Below are positions 1-10,015 of a stretch of 64,000 nucleotides of DNA, piece by piece. Location: contig CAZSQM010000005.1 of NCBI GenBank assembly GCA_964609025.1, forward strand, positions 35,402 through 99,401. The letters run 5' to 3'. Within the stretch, counting starts at the first letter, position 1. The number at the start of each line of letters is the position of its first letter. The stretch is from an uncultured Lachnospiraceae bacterium. Its GTDB lineage: Bacteria > Bacillota > Clostridia > Lachnospirales > Lachnospiraceae. Below the pieces are notes generated by a model that ran no database searches, was not told where the DNA came from, and saw nothing but the letters and a program-made list of their open reading frames with translations. Position numbers and translations under genes: made by a program.

Positions 1-99
1 GAAAAATTGCCTTCCTCCCTTTCAATATCGGTTTTCACAATACATTTGCCGCCGCATACCTCCATAGAGGAGCGCCCATCGTTATTACTGCTCTCTTGT

Positions 100-1290
100 T
101 CATATTCCTTCTTCCTCCATCTGTTCCAGAATAATCTCTCCCAGCAGTTTTCCCTCTACTTTTCCGTCAAACTCAGCACAAATATACTTTCTGATATAGT
201 CAAAATAAACCTGTTCCGATATTTGAAAGTATTCATCTACCTGTTCCTTCGTATAGCTCCCCGAAACATTTAACACCGGCTTTCCAAGCTTTGCCGCGAT
301 TCTCCGAATGATCTGCGCACCGCTGATAAAATCACGTTCAATCGCATCGCATGTAACAAAGACAATCGGCTTCTGATAGGTTATGAGGTAGCTAAGGCTA
401 TTGCTCTTATGGTAAATCGCAAACTCCGCATCCCGAACTAAAACACCGGTCTGGTATTTTATAATCGTGCGGTTTTTAAAGAACCTTCCGTTTTCTCCAT
501 ACTCTGCCTTCGGGTGTGCTGCCACAATTACCTTTAGCTTATAGCTTTCTTCGATAAACTCAAAGAAACGTTCCAAATCCCTGTAATACTCCTCCGCATT
601 TATCCGGATTCCGCTTCCGATCAAATCCGGATGAAAGGGCAGATACTCATCAATATATACACAATACTTCTCCGATATAATTCTCGGCTCCTCCTTCAGC
701 CGGAGGCACATATCGTAATCATTGGTATGCGCATAAATCAACTGCGTTTTTTCGGTACACATCTGCTCCTTATAAAACTGTCGGATGGAATTCTCCTCCG
801 TACCGCATCCCAGAACAAATGTTGCCGGCTTAAAACGAAACAGGCCCTTCGGAATTCGCAGGCTAAGGGAATACTTTATCCGCTTCCATGAAATCTGTCG
901 GAAATACGCCTTTGCTCTTTCCCGCATCGGCGCAACAATATCCTGCGATATCATCATATAAAAGTAATCCAGATTTCTCCTAGTGATTTCCCGGTAAATA
1001 AACCTTCTGTCCGGTCTGTAATTTACCACACAAAGAATCAGCGCGTCCTTCGGAATACTCCGTATCGCGGTCCGTATCTCTTCCTTGCTCATACAGCGTA
1101 CATAGCCCTTTTCCTCATAATTCATCAGGTCCTTTGTTACCCGCTCGTATAAAACCGGCATCAAAACAGGAGAAAAGTCATACGCTTTCACTTTCACTCC
1201 GTTTTCTTCCAAAATATCAAGCCCGTACCGCTGATAGATTCTGTTCTGTAACGGAAACTCCGCCAGAAAACATAATGTAGTATACTTCAC
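100..1290 (-). CDS. Polysaccharide biosynthesis enzyme of uncertain family, possibly a TagF-like CDP-glycerol glycerophosphotransferase or KpsS/Capsule_synth-like transferase
   Basis: 396-aa ORF. It is the last gene of the minus-strand polysaccharide locus and sits 2 nt from the flippase gene. Family assignment rests on weak motif resemblance only. Confidence 0.4.
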   Translation of the reverse strand: MKYTTLCFLAEFPLQNRIYQRYGLDILEENGVKVKAYDFSPVLMPVLYERVTKDLMNYEEKGYVRCMSKEEIRTAIRSIPKDALILCVVNYRPDRRFIYREITRRNLDYFYMMISQDIVAPMRERAKAYFRQISWKRIKYSLSLRIPKGLFRFKPATFVLGCGTEENSIRQFYKEQMCTEKTQLIYAHTNDYDMCLRLKEEPRIISEKYCVYIDEYLPFHPDLIGSGIRINAEEYYRDLERFFEFIEESYKLKVIVAAHPKAEYGENGRFFKNRTIIKYQTGVLVRDAEFAIYHKSNSLSYLITYQKPIVFVTCDAIERDFISGAQIIRRIAAKLGKPVLNVSGSYTKEQVDEYFQISEQVYFDYIRKYICAEFDGKVEGKLLGEIILEQMEEEGI

Positions 1291-1291
1291 A

Positions 1292-2710
1292 CTACCTGCC
1301 CTCCTTATATATCTTTTTCATCACACTCATATTCTTCCAAAAGTAGACGCCAAACAAAAGAAGCAGAACTGCGAATACCGTATATCTTACCGCCGCATTC
1401 GGATAATGATATACCATAAAAGCCGAAATCAAAAATACCAGAACACCGTCTAACGCTATCGTCCGCACCGGAAAAGCGTCGTTTCCGATTTTTCGGTAAA
1501 TCAACACATAATTCAGACCCGCCAGCACCATATTGCAAAGAATCGTAACATAAGCGGCCGCCACATAGCCAAACCATAAAATACCGAAATAGTTCAGCGC
1601 CAGATTCAAAGCAGTCCCGATTAACGTAGTGACCGGCACCAGCTTTACCCGCTTGTAATAGGTCGCATAAGTAATCAGCAGTAAGTTTAAAAAAGAAAAA
1701 TACAGTCCCATTACAATCGGCATTAAAACAAAAACGCCCGCCTGATACTCCGGTGCCGCCATAATCCGCATAATAAGCGGTGCCATACACGAAAGTGCAA
1801 TCGTCGCCAAGCCCATGATTTTAAACATCAGCCCCATTACTCTCTTTACTTCGGAATATGCCTTTGCCTCCAGCTTCCGGTACATCCACGGATATACTCC
1901 CTGTGCAAGACAGTTCCAGAAAATCTGTAAAATAGAACCGATGGAATACGGAACGCTGTACAGACCGGCGTCGTAATCTCCGCACATTCGTTCAATCATC
2001 AGCTTATCGGATTGTGTAAGTATCTTAAAGCCAATGAGCTGAACCAGTATCGGAAGACCGAAAGACAACGCATACTTCCAATAATCCGGCCGAATCAATG
2101 TGCTCCATTTACGCTTTCGCATATAATAAACAAGTACGCCAAAACCGACAAGCATCGTACCGATGTTGTTTCCCACTATTTTAGCATACGCCGCCTGCTC
2201 GCGGAAAATAAATACCCCTGCCAAAGCGCAGGAAATGTTTAAAACAATATAAATAAATGTAAACAGAACCGAAGCCTTGTAATGAAACGCCAGCCGCTGA
2301 TGTGCAAAGTAGTAAGTCATGATAAGGTTTAAAAATGTTCTGACGTACAGCAACAGTTCTATTCCCGCCGGATAGGAAATTCCCAATGCCTTTAGCACAA
2401 AATGGATTCCCACAGAACCGACCGCCACCGCGATTCCTAACAGCACAATCGTCGAGGCGATATACCCCTTAATATCCTCTTTAAAATCAAAATATGCCCT
2501 GTTTATGCCGGTTCCCAAGGAAAGCGAAAGCACAATTCCGATAATGTCCTGCCATGCCATATAGGTACTTACGATACCATAGCTCTCTGGCGGCATAAGT
2601 CTGGTAAAAATCGGCGTAGTAATAAAACTCAGTGCGCTCGTGAGGAACGTACATACCAACATCCAAAAGGCAGACTTTACCGCTAAAGAATTCATCTCTT
2701 TATTGTCCAT
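1292..2710 (-). CDS. wzx: Wzx-type oligosaccharide flippase, polysaccharide biosynthesis protein of the MOP superfamily
   Basis: 472 aa and highly hydrophobic, with about 12-14 predicted TM segments. The N-terminus (MDNKEMNSLAVKSAFWML...) and overall pattern are typical of Wzx/RfbX flippases. It lies within a glycosyltransferase cluster. Confidence 0.75.
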   Translation of the reverse strand: MDNKEMNSLAVKSAFWMLVCTFLTSALSFITTPIFTRLMPPESYGIVSTYMAWQDIIGIVLSLSLGTGINRAYFDFKEDIKGYIASTIVLLGIAVAVGSVGIHFVLKALGISYPAGIELLLYVRTFLNLIMTYYFAHQRLAFHYKASVLFTFIYIVLNISCALAGVFIFREQAAYAKIVGNNIGTMLVGFGVLVYYMRKRKWSTLIRPDYWKYALSFGLPILVQLIGFKILTQSDKLMIERMCGDYDAGLYSVPYSIGSILQIFWNCLAQGVYPWMYRKLEAKAYSEVKRVMGLMFKIMGLATIALSCMAPLIMRIMAAPEYQAGVFVLMPIVMGLYFSFLNLLLITYATYYKRVKLVPVTTLIGTALNLALNYFGILWFGYVAAAYVTILCNMVLAGLNYVLIYRKIGNDAFPVRTIALDGVLVFLISAFMVYHYPNAAVRYTVFAVLLLLFGVYFWKNMSVMKKIYKEGR

Positions 2711-2728
2711 ATCATTCCCTCGAAAATT

Positions 2729-3637
2729 TTATTTTCTTATATGCAGCACTGCCAAACCATACAACACAAAGCTTTTTATTCCCCGCTTATCAAACGCAAA
2801 CGCCTTTCGGTAATGCTTCCCTGCGTCCCGGAATTGACCGGTCTTATGATAATACCGCGCCATAAGGTAATACCCGTTTTTCTGCAGGCTTTCTCGAAAC
2901 ATTTGAATCTGTTTCTCCGGGTAAACCGTTTTATCAAGCCTGTCCAAATACTGAATTGCCATACTTCCCATATTCTGCATACAAAGCGCCGAGGAAAAGG
3001 TCAGACTCTCCTGATTTCTCCTGTATTCCCCTAAAATCCTGTCAATGTGGTAAAACACCGCTCCGTTATAAGCAAGCTCCAGCCACCACCGATAATCCTC
3101 TCCCCCAACCGTTTCATTCTTTAAATTGCAATAAGCTGTTATATCCGCTTTTTTCGCTACTACCGTTGAAGTCGATAACGCATTTCCATGAAGAAGCAAA
3201 TCGTCAAAATAGGGCGCCGACAGTTCTCTGTAAAGGCACGGCTTTACGCTGCCTTCTAGTGTCACTTCGTTTTCATCGCTGTAAAATACGGTGACCGCAG
3301 GGTGGGCTAAAATAGCCTTTGTAACTTCCTCTAACTTTTCCGGATACCAAATATCATCCGCGTCCAGAAAAGCCACATACTCATATGCCGCCTGCGTCAC
3401 ACCCGCGTATCTGGCTGCTGCAGGTCCCGCATTGTTCTGATACAGATATCGTATTGACAATTCCGGGTGCGCCTGCCTATACGTTTCAACGACTGCTTTG
3501 GTAGAATCCACAGAACCGTCGTCAACCACTATAATTTCATACCGGGTATCGCTTTGCCCGCGCACGGATTCCAGGCACGAAACAATACATTTTTCCGCAT
3601 TATATGCAGGAATTATAATACTATAATTAACTTCCAT
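2729..3637 (-). CDS. Glycosyltransferase family 2
   Basis: The N-terminal signature IIIPAYNAEKCI...IIVVDDGSVDST...FLDADD gives the GT-A fold DxD motif. The C-terminal part is TPR-like. Confidence 0.85.
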   Translation of the reverse strand: MEVNYSIIIPAYNAEKCIVSCLESVRGQSDTRYEIIVVDDGSVDSTKAVVETYRQAHPELSIRYLYQNNAGPAAARYAGVTQAAYEYVAFLDADDIWYPEKLEEVTKAILAHPAVTVFYSDENEVTLEGSVKPCLYRELSAPYFDDLLLHGNALSTSTVVAKKADITAYCNLKNETVGGEDYRWWLELAYNGAVFYHIDRILGEYRRNQESLTFSSALCMQNMGSMAIQYLDRLDKTVYPEKQIQMFRESLQKNGYYLMARYYHKTGQFRDAGKHYRKAFAFDKRGIKSFVLYGLAVLHIRK

Positions 3638-3649
3638 CAGCCACGCACC

Positions 3650-5704
3650 TCACACAAACCATTTTCTGCATTCGCCGATAAGCCGATAAGCTGCCCCGTT
3701 CATTCCCTTTTTAAAACGTGCGATTGCCTCCGTATGAATGCTGTCCACCCCTCCAAGGTCAAACTGCTCCATTCCCAGCCTTTTCATCCATAATAACCCT
3801 TGAAACAAAAGCAAATTATTCGCATACAGCTTCCGTCCCAGCGCATTCGACCAGCCCACCAGATAAGTCGCCGTCTTTCCGTGAAGGTAAAACACGTCAA
3901 AAGCAATTAATTCACCTTCCTCTGTAACAGCGCATAAAACCTTCGTCTTCTTTTCGTTTTTTAAAAGCTCTCTCAGCACATTTTCCGGCGTTCCGGTAAA
4001 GTTTTTTTCCTTTTTGCTTTCGGCATATTCGGAAAGCAGTTCTTCCGGGTTCTCCCATTGAAATCTGAGCTGTAAACCGTTCTTTTCCGCCGCTGCCAAC
4101 TGGTTTCTCCATTGACTTTTCAATCCTGCACGCATCTCGGCTTCCGTTTTTTGCAAATCAATCACAGCGGAAGAAAAACCAAAATAGTCCCACATTCTAT
4201 AACCGGAAGCAAACAGCACGGTCAAATTTTCGGCAGAATATTCAATGGCAGGAGCAAACATAGAAAGGCAAAACTTTCCGAACTGTTTCCGAACCTCATC
4301 CAATGCCATCCTTTTATGTTCCGGCGAATCATATTCCGCAATAAACAGCGGGCCGCGATTGACGCGCACTACCAATGGTATTCCGCAGACTTTTTTAACT
4401 AATACCTGAACAAGCCCTGCTTCTTTCCCCTGATGATACAAAATGCCCCGGTGAACCTTCCAGCCCTCCGTCTGTTGCTTTACTTCGCCGTAAAACCAAT
4501 CCTGCAACATGTTTGACAGTTCCACTCTGCACAGTAACTCCGTCCACTGCTCCTCCGAAGCCGCGTCCCACACTATCTGGAACGGCGATACCTCTTCCGT
4601 TTTCCGGAAAACTTTATACTTTTTCACCAGCTCCTGCGGATTTGTCTGCGCATGAATCGGCAGGCACAGCATATTCTGTGATAAATCAAATGCCGCCTGA
4701 TGGAGTTCCGGCTCTTTTTTTAAAGCTAACGGCAAATCCGGCCAGGAACGTAACAGGTAGCCTTTCCGCAACAGGTTTTTCAAAAGCTCATCCTTATTCT
4801 TTACATTTTCTATGGAAAAAACGGCATAATAAGGACATTCTGTCTTTTCATCCACAATTTGCCTAAGCTCCGGGCATTCCTCTTTCAGCAGGAAGTCGTA
4901 CATATCCAGATTAAGACGCTTTTTATATGCGGTTTCGGCAAACATCGTTTTGGAATATGCCCTCAGAAGCTTCTCCGCGTATTTAGAAATACGTTCCTCC
5001 GGATATGCTTTCTCAACAGGTTCTCCGAAATGAACCCCGCTTGTATAGGGAATTGTACCTCCCTTATGCGTAACTAACTGTGCCGCCCTTTTGATTCTCC
5101 ACAGCAGAGTTCTTCCTCGTGCATCTAAGGTATCATACTGACGGTTCAGCTGCTCTGTAATCTCTTTCTTATCAAAGGCTTTTGTTTCATTGACGCATAA
5201 AACCGCTCCGTCCGATATTCCTAACGATTTATGCGGACTATAAATCGCAAAATCTCCTCGCACTCCTACTTTTTCATGAGGATACAGCACATGAGCGCAG
5301 TCTTCTATCAACAGGCAACCTGCCTTGTCGCAAAACTGTCTTGCTCTTTCAACGTCACATCTGACGCCAAAGTAATGTACAAACAGAAAGAAATCCGGAT
5401 TTTCTCCTCCGTAAATTCCTTTTAACACGCTCCATTCCGGTTCGAGGGTCCGATTCACCGGATAGTACACAAACAAAAGCCAGTCCTCTTTTAGCTTACC
5501 GAGTGTTTCCGCACAAAAATAGTCCGGCACCCAGCATACCACCTGCTTCTTTTGGTAGCAGCTCCGATAGGCACACAATAACTGATGGAGAGAAACCCAG
5601 CTTTCCGCATACAAATATGCAGAATCAGGGTATACTGCTTCCGTACTCTTTTCGATTCTTCCGAATAACTGCCTCCGGGAAGGAAGCGGAGAATGAGAAA
5701 TCAT
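3650..5704 (-). CDS. Two-domain protein with an N-terminal DegT/DnrJ/EryC1-like PLP-dependent aminotransferase-fold domain fused to a C-terminal FemAB/BioF2-like (GNAT-fold) aminoacyl- or acyltransferase domain
   Basis: 684 aa. The N-terminal half carries DegT-like motifs (LLIEDCAHV, SPHKSLGISDGAVL with a candidate PLP lysine). The C-terminal 300 aa carries FemAB/FemX-like motifs (LKSQWRNQLAAAEKNGLQLRF, ATYLVGWSN...LGGVDS). Confidence 0.55.
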   Translation of the reverse strand: MISHSPLPSRRQLFGRIEKSTEAVYPDSAYLYAESWVSLHQLLCAYRSCYQKKQVVCWVPDYFCAETLGKLKEDWLLFVYYPVNRTLEPEWSVLKGIYGGENPDFFLFVHYFGVRCDVERARQFCDKAGCLLIEDCAHVLYPHEKVGVRGDFAIYSPHKSLGISDGAVLCVNETKAFDKKEITEQLNRQYDTLDARGRTLLWRIKRAAQLVTHKGGTIPYTSGVHFGEPVEKAYPEERISKYAEKLLRAYSKTMFAETAYKKRLNLDMYDFLLKEECPELRQIVDEKTECPYYAVFSIENVKNKDELLKNLLRKGYLLRSWPDLPLALKKEPELHQAAFDLSQNMLCLPIHAQTNPQELVKKYKVFRKTEEVSPFQIVWDAASEEQWTELLCRVELSNMLQDWFYGEVKQQTEGWKVHRGILYHQGKEAGLVQVLVKKVCGIPLVVRVNRGPLFIAEYDSPEHKRMALDEVRKQFGKFCLSMFAPAIEYSAENLTVLFASGYRMWDYFGFSSAVIDLQKTEAEMRAGLKSQWRNQLAAAEKNGLQLRFQWENPEELLSEYAESKKEKNFTGTPENVLRELLKNEKKTKVLCAVTEEGELIAFDVFYLHGKTATYLVGWSNALGRKLYANNLLLFQGLLWMKRLGMEQFDLGGVDSIHTEAIARFKKGMNGAAYRLIGECRKWFV

Positions 5705-5724
5705 GAGCCTTACCAGCCTTTCCT

Positions 5725-6558
5725 TTATTCTAAAAATCCATCTAAAGTCTTACATTTTTGTCTGTATTTGATATCCAGTCCGCCTTCCAAAATGAACCTG
5801 ACATATCCTGTATAATACCAGGCCAAAACGCCCTCGCGCCGCAATGCTTTCCGGGACACCGCAGGGGTATTTCGTCCCCGAATCGCCGAAAATACCAGTT
5901 CAAAATTATCCCCTGCTATCTTCATCGCTTTTTTGTCAACGCTGATTAAATCTCCAAAAGGAAACGCAAACACCGTCACGTCCTGATGCAGCTTCTCCTC
6001 TAACTTTTTCTTTGAATTCAAAATTTCCTTTTCTGCCTCCGATAATGACAGCCGGCTCACTCTTGCATGGGACAGGGTATGCGCTCCGATACAATGCCCG
6101 TTGCGTTTCATTTCCGAAAGCTGTTCCCACGTCAACGGTTTCATTGCCTCCGTAATACTACTCTCGGGAAGCAGCAAACGATCCCGGATAAAATCAACCT
6201 GTGCCTTTCGGTCGACGCAGTCCACAAAATCCGGCGGAATAAAAAATACCCCCTTGATTCCATACTTATCTAGAATTTTCGACGCCGCATCGTTTGACGC
6301 AAACCCATCGTCAAATGTCACTAACAAATTGAGCCTTGACGTTTTTACCTGCTTCGTCATAATTTTCTTACATTCCTCTACGGTAACGAAATGATACTTT
6401 TTCCGAATCAGATACTTGATTTGATTCTCAAACAAACCTAATTGGTCTTCCGGTATATCATGGTACATCAACACCCTTAATTGATTCTCATGGAGAAACA
6501 AGCGGTTCTTCAACGCCCACAACGGCGTCAAAAAGCCCAAAAATTCTCTTTTCGTCAT
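5725..6558 (-). CDS. Polysaccharide deacetylase (NodB homology domain, CE4)
   Basis: LVTFDDGFASN...HTLSHARVS motifs of the NodB domain. 277 aa. Confidence 0.8.
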   Translation of the reverse strand: MTKREFLGFLTPLWALKNRLFLHENQLRVLMYHDIPEDQLGLFENQIKYLIRKKYHFVTVEECKKIMTKQVKTSRLNLLVTFDDGFASNDAASKILDKYGIKGVFFIPPDFVDCVDRKAQVDFIRDRLLLPESSITEAMKPLTWEQLSEMKRNGHCIGAHTLSHARVSRLSLSEAEKEILNSKKKLEEKLHQDVTVFAFPFGDLISVDKKAMKIAGDNFELVFSAIRGRNTPAVSRKALRREGVLAWYYTGYVRFILEGGLDIKYRQKCKTLDGFLE

Positions 6559-6567
6559 AAATGCTCC

Positions 6568-7659
6568 TTAATCAATAATCATCCTTATCAGTTCTGCCCA
6601 GTTCCTTGCAAACGGCGGTTCCGGTTCCTTTAACACAGCCGCTTCAAAAACTTCTTCTCCTAAAATCGCACGTTTCATCGCCTCTGCCATTTCCGCATAA
6701 TTATCCGCATCCACAAATTTCACTTTATCATAGCTCCCCACCGTTTCATAGCTGTACGGACGTTTTGCGACAATCATCGGGTTGCCTGTACTCTTATACT
6801 CCATCACCGGCAGTCCCCATGTTTCTAATGCAGACGTATATACAAGACAGTCCGAAGCGCGCATAACCCGAAACAGTTCTTCCCGAGGCATTGCTCCTAT
6901 CCATTCAATCTGCGGCAGGCTTCCGTACCTCTCCCGAAGCATTTCCGCATAAGAATTCTCTGTGCCGTCCAACGTAAACTGCACCTTAAAATTCCGGCAG
7001 CCTTCTTCATTCAACAGCTTCACGGCTTCCCCTACCGCCTCGAAATTTTTATAGAATCTTGCCAAGGAAGGATAAAGAAAGGTATACACTTCATTGGCAA
7101 TCCGTTTGCTTTCCGCACTTTCCTCTAATCTATTCCGAGGGACGGAAGGATTGGAAACAATCACATTCTTTACGGTCAGCAACTCTTTCATCTGTTTCCG
7201 CATCCACTCCTGCTGGACAATATAAGCAGCCGCTTTCCGTTTATTTATGGAATACACATATTTATACAGCTTCATAAACCTTACATTTCCGAATTCTTTG
7301 TAGCGCTCTTTATTTTCAAGGAACGGAAACGCAGTCTGACAGTAAGTATAAATCTTCTCCGCCTTAACATTCGGCGTAATGTCGTGTACCGACAGCCAGA
7401 TATCAATTTTTCTCTTTTTGGAATATTTTTTAAAGTACACACATTCATAATACAGTCGCTGTATATGATTTTGTACCGAAATTTCCTCTAAGGTCACATG
7501 CTCCGCATAGTCTGAAAAAAGCGTTTTGTCAGACACGAACGCAATAATATGATATTTTTCGTCTACCTTTTGACGGATTAACGCCTCCAAAATATCATAA
7601 TAGATATTCAGAGTGCCGCCGCTTTTCAGGTTAATGCCCGACAAAACCAATGTTTTCAT
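6568..7659 (-). CDS. Glycosyltransferase family 1/4 (GT-B fold)
   Basis: C-terminal EX7E-type motif (ETWGLPVMEY) and overall GT4 architecture. 363 aa. Confidence 0.7.
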   Translation of the reverse strand: MKTLVLSGINLKSGGTLNIYYDILEALIRQKVDEKYHIIAFVSDKTLFSDYAEHVTLEEISVQNHIQRLYYECVYFKKYSKKRKIDIWLSVHDITPNVKAEKIYTYCQTAFPFLENKERYKEFGNVRFMKLYKYVYSINKRKAAAYIVQQEWMRKQMKELLTVKNVIVSNPSVPRNRLEESAESKRIANEVYTFLYPSLARFYKNFEAVGEAVKLLNEEGCRNFKVQFTLDGTENSYAEMLRERYGSLPQIEWIGAMPREELFRVMRASDCLVYTSALETWGLPVMEYKSTGNPMIVAKRPYSYETVGSYDKVKFVDADNYAEMAEAMKRAILGEEVFEAAVLKEPEPPFARNWAELIRMIID

Positions 7660-7690
7660 CGCTACCTCTCTCTTCCTTACAACGCCGCTT

Positions 7691-9145
7691 TTATATCGTT
7701 GTCTTACGGAACAAATACTTTCTGAATGTCAAAAAGGATTTCATCGTTTTCTTAAAGTCTTCTGCGCTGGTCAAAACCTGCCCAAGCTTCATCAAAATAT
7801 AACTCGGTCTTAAATAAAGCTTTTTACGGGCATAATTGCAAAAATCAACCAGCTCCTTGCTGCTTAACTCCTCCGTTTCCAGAACGCAGTTGTGGCAGCC
7901 GTCCGGCAACAGCCATTCGTCATAACTCTTTGCACTGATGTAATGGTTTTGTTCTGCCCATTCATAGGCTTCCGTCCCCGGATATACCATCAGAGGGAAG
8001 AACTGCACGGTATCCATACGTAGCGTTTTTGCAAATGCAAGTGTTTCCAACATCGTCTGCTTGGTTTCTCCCGGATTTCCCACCATAAAGCACCCATGCA
8101 CACGAAGCTTTGCCTTTTTCGCCGCTGCATTAAACTTTCTGGACTGCTCTAAGGTAATTCCCTTATGCATATTATCCAGTATCTTCTGGCAACCGCTTTC
8201 ATAGCCGACAACCAAAAGCTTACAGCCTGCCTTTTTCATCAGCACCATTGTTTCATACTGAAGGCTGACTCTTACCTGAACAACCCACTTTAACGGGACC
8301 TTTTCCTTTATCATCAATTCGCAGAACTCCTTGACGTTTTCCTGGTCCACGGCGAAATTATCATCGTCAATCAGGATTGTCTTTACCTCAGGGAAGTTCT
8401 GAACAATAAATTTACACTCGTCAAATAAATTTTTTGCGCTTCTCTTACGATAGCCCTTCCCGAACATAACCTGAGAGTACATACAGTAAAAACACTTGGA
8501 CGGACAGCCTCTGCTTGAAAATATGCTTATCGTAGGATAAGAAACATGGGCGTAAAAATAGTCTTTAATATCAAGATACTTTTTATATACCTCGCTCACA
8601 AACGGCAATTCATCCAAATTGTGTATATACTCACGATCCGGATTATGAACCACCTTCTCTTTTTTATAACTGATTCCCTTAACCGCTTCTATTTCCGTTT
8701 CGCCGTTGAGATACCGCATAACTTCCGGTATTGTATAGTCATATTCATGGCGTGCCACAAAATCCACATAGGCATTTTGATTCAGTATCTCTTCGGCGCA
8801 TGCCGTCGCGTGAGTTCCTACCAGACAGGTAACGGTATTCCGAAGTTTTTCCTTTACCAGCTTTGTAAACTCCAAATCCTTATTGATACTTGGAGTAGAG
8901 GTATCAATCACCGTCAAATCCGGGCAAAACTCCAACACCTGCTGCAAGGCCTGCTCTTTCTGAAGACACTTCGCCGGTGCGTCTATGATTTTAACTTCAT
9001 AACCTGCTTTATCCATAACTCCTGCCGCATAAGAAAGCCACAGCGGGAAGTATATTGTTCCGCTTTTTGTTACTGCCGGGCTTCTGGAACTCTTGGAATA
9101 TTTGTCCAAAAACGGCGGATTTAAAAATAATACCTTTTTCTTCAT
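7691..9145 (-). CDS. B12-binding domain radical SAM protein, probably a cobalamin-dependent radical SAM methyltransferase
   Basis: N-terminal B12-binding fold (VLFLNPPF...IIDAPA). The radical SAM cluster motif CPSKCFYC is of the CxxxCxxC type. 484 aa. Confidence 0.8.
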   Translation of the reverse strand: MKKKVLFLNPPFLDKYSKSSRSPAVTKSGTIYFPLWLSYAAGVMDKAGYEVKIIDAPAKCLQKEQALQQVLEFCPDLTVIDTSTPSINKDLEFTKLVKEKLRNTVTCLVGTHATACAEEILNQNAYVDFVARHEYDYTIPEVMRYLNGETEIEAVKGISYKKEKVVHNPDREYIHNLDELPFVSEVYKKYLDIKDYFYAHVSYPTISIFSSRGCPSKCFYCMYSQVMFGKGYRKRSAKNLFDECKFIVQNFPEVKTILIDDDNFAVDQENVKEFCELMIKEKVPLKWVVQVRVSLQYETMVLMKKAGCKLLVVGYESGCQKILDNMHKGITLEQSRKFNAAAKKAKLRVHGCFMVGNPGETKQTMLETLAFAKTLRMDTVQFFPLMVYPGTEAYEWAEQNHYISAKSYDEWLLPDGCHNCVLETEELSSKELVDFCNYARKKLYLRPSYILMKLGQVLTSAEDFKKTMKSFLTFRKYLFRKTTI

Positions 9146-9166
9146 CTATGTTTTCTCCTTCTGCGT

Positions 9167-10015
9167 TTAAAAAATCCGTTTTATAATTGCATTGAGCAAA
9201 TAGCCTGCTTCACAATACAGCGCATAGGGCAGGGACAGCCCCTGCTTCTCCCGAAGGCATGTAAAATAGCGCTTCGCATTCCGAACTTTATTGCCGGAAA
9301 CAGAGGTATGGTAAACCCTGTATTCCGCCAGATTTTCTTTTAGGCCATATGCGGTGTACCCTTGTTTTAAGTAATACATCCAGGTAAGCACATCCTCTAA
9401 AAAGCCCTCCTGTACCGTAATATTTTTTATCTGACTGCAATCCATCATTACCGTTAGATTCCCTATAATCGTATTCTTTAAGTATTGCTTATAGGTAATC
9501 CGCGGAACCGCACGGAACACTTTCCTCTTACTGCTTCCCTCATGAAAAATTTCATAGGACGTAAACGTAAACGCATAATTGTGCCGCAGCATGAACTCTG
9601 TCTGCCGCTGCAATTTATCCCGCTTCCATAAATCGTCTGCATCCAAAAAAGCAATGTAACGTCCTTTTGCCTTGCTTATCGCATAATTCCGCGCCGCCGA
9701 CGCCCCCGAGTTCTTCTCCAGAGTATAAAAAGAAATCCGCGCATCTCTTTGGACGTAGGAAGCCGCAACAGCTGCCGTATTATCGGTGGAGCAGTCGTTT
9801 ACAATAATCATTTCCCAATTGGAATACGTTTGTGCAAGCACACTTTCTATGGTTTCTGCAATATAAGCCGCCGCATTGTAGGCAGGGGTTATTACGGAAA
9901 CCAACGGTAATATTTCACTCACAATGCTACCTCTGCTGTTTTTATAGTAGTTAATCTTTTCAGTCGAAGAAATAATACGGTCGAAAATCACTTCGCCAAG
10001 TCCAGCCTTCACCAT
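9167..10015 (-). CDS. Glycosyltransferase family 2
   Basis: VSVITPAYNAAAYI...IIVNDCSTDNT...FLDADD motifs. The annotated ATG overlaps the upstream gene by 56 nt. A GTG near 9922, preceded by GAGGT, is the more likely start. Confidence 0.8.
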   Translation of the reverse strand: MVKAGLGEVIFDRIISSTEKINYYKNSRGSIVSEILPLVSVITPAYNAAAYIAETIESVLAQTYSNWEMIIVNDCSTDNTAAVAASYVQRDARISFYTLEKNSGASAARNYAISKAKGRYIAFLDADDLWKRDKLQRQTEFMLRHNYAFTFTSYEIFHEGSSKRKVFRAVPRITYKQYLKNTIIGNLTVMMDCSQIKNITVQEGFLEDVLTWMYYLKQGYTAYGLKENLAEYRVYHTSVSGNKVRNAKRYFTCLREKQGLSLPYALYCEAGYLLNAIIKRIF

